Shown piece by piece: positions 63,037-64,000 of a stretch of DNA of 64,000 nt. The position numbers and the translations under genes were made by a program. The notes beneath the pieces were generated by a model that worked only from the letters and a program-made list of their open reading frames with translations, was not told the origin of the DNA and did no database searches. Origin of the DNA: Angustibacter luteus. Lineage in GTDB: Bacteria > Actinomycetota > Actinomycetes > Actinomycetales > Angustibacteraceae. The stretch lies in NCBI RefSeq assembly GCF_039541115.1, contig NZ_BAABFP010000002.1:744001-808000 (forward strand), read 5' to 3'. Within the stretch, counting starts at the first letter, position 1; each line of letters begins with the position of its first letter.

Positions 63037-64000
63037 CGGATCTGAAGGAGGCATGTCGGGACCTTTTCGCGGCGCTCGATGAGGGCAAGCGCGTAATCTG
63101 CATCCACTATAGTTGCGAAAACTTCCACGATGTCACCGACCGCCCTGTTGCGGTGAGCGCCATCGCTGTTTCCGAACTGACCGATGCAACAGGGGGACGA
63201 GAGTCAACCGTCTTCTCCATCGCCAATTCTTCAGCAAACCAAGACCCGGTCGAACGCGAAAAGGAGATGTTTGCCAGATTCTTCGAGTATGCACGCACAC
63301 GCCCCGATGCGTTCTGGGTTCACTGGAATATGAACAACGCCACCTACGGCTTTTCTGCACTGATCTCTCGATACCGTTACCTGTTGGGCTCTGAACCCAA
63401 CAGTCCGTGGCAGAGCAACCGTCTCTTCGATCTTGACTCACTAGTGGGCGCCAGGTACGGCGATCAGTTTGCCAAGCACCCAAAACTCCTGAGTCTTTGC
63501 TCGTTGAATGGGTATTTCCTCTCGTTCTTCAAGGCGGGCCGTGACGAAGCAAAGGCGTTTTCGGACGGCGACTACGGCTTGTGCGAGAGGTCCACTGCGG
63601 AGAAATCACACCTTCTAGCATCTATTTTGACTGACTTCCGTGCGGGATCGCTGCGTACACAAAACTCAGTCGGTTCACTGCACTTTGCATCCGAGCCCCT
63701 AGACGCTGTGAAGGTCGTGCTGGCCATAGGTGATCGCTTTCGATATGTGGAACGGCAACTGCTCCGTCGCCACGCCTCTCGCGACACGCTTAAGATTCAA
63801 GACGAGTACGATGCACAGGATTTGCTCAGGGCGCTCCTTGCCGTGTTCTTCGAGGATATTCGCCCTGAAGAGGTCGCACCAAAGCTTGGCGGCGCCTCCT
63901 CACGCATCGACTTCATTCTTCCCGACTACGCGCTCGCACTAGAGCTGAAGTACGCGCGTAGCAGCATGACTTCAGCTTCACTCGGCGAGGAACTCATCGT
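63033..64000 (+). CDS. Degenerate DnaQ-like exonuclease-fold domain fused to a DpnII/MboI-like PD-(D/E)xK nuclease; partial, more than 322 aa
   Basis: Translated by hand, no stop to the window end; ATGA overlap; ICIHYSCE..EKEMFARFF..WVHWNM..YGFSAL..RY..LFDL; IQDEYDAQDLLRALL..FEDIRPEE..SSRIDFIL..ALELK. Confidence 0.8.
   Translation, partial: MTDLKEACRDLFAALDEGKRVICIHYSCENFHDVTDRPVAVSAIAVSELTDATGGRESTVFSIANSSANQDPVEREKEMFARFFEYARTRPDAFWVHWNMNNATYGFSALISRYRYLLGSEPNSPWQSNRLFDLDSLVGARYGDQFAKHPKLLSLCSLNGYFLSFFKAGRDEAKAFSDGDYGLCERSTAEKSHLLASILTDFRAGSLRTQNSVGSLHFASEPLDAVKVVLAIGDRFRYVERQLLRRHASRDTLKIQDEYDAQDLLRALLAVFFEDIRPEEVAPKLGGASSRIDFILPDYALALELKYARSSMTSASLGEELI

Larger units (their letters stand above)
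61337..64000. mobile_element. Left end of a putative inserted island; continues beyond the window
   Basis: Truncated xth at the junction; GC drop (47/60 in line 61201 versus 29/60 in line 63601); defence-like cargo; no integrase in the window. Confidence 0.7.

Overview
High-GC actinobacterial chromosome segment. Positions 1-61.3 kb are mostly core or metabolic genes: nucleoside catabolism (phospho-sugar mutase, deoC, an aldehyde dehydrogenase pair, add, deoA, cdd, a BMP-type ABC importer), a sulfur-starvation operon behind a short Cys-containing leader peptide, bfd-bfr with an IdeR/DtxR box, a split methylmalonyl-CoA mutase, sdhCDAB, trpS, an AA10 LPMO-CBM-GH18 chitinase fusion opposite an HTH-TPR regulator, a galactoside uptake/Leloir cluster, a two-component system and a secreted S1 protease. 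At about 61,337 an orphan 3' end of exodeoxyribonuclease III marks an insertion junction, after which GC drops. The inserted DNA carries a leaderless, translationally coupled operon behind a PafBC-type (RecA-NDp) promoter motif. It encodes a pol-beta nucleotidyltransferase (reminiscent of Hailong HalB, with a Tyr near its C-terminus), a PPP-type metallophosphoesterase, and an ORF absent from the supplied track that runs off the window. That ORF fuses a catalytically degenerate DnaQ-like exonuclease fold to a DpnII/MboI-like nuclease. This operon is the best candidate for an undescribed nucleotide- or oligo-DNA-based anti-phage system. All family assignments come from motif recognition; no searches were run.
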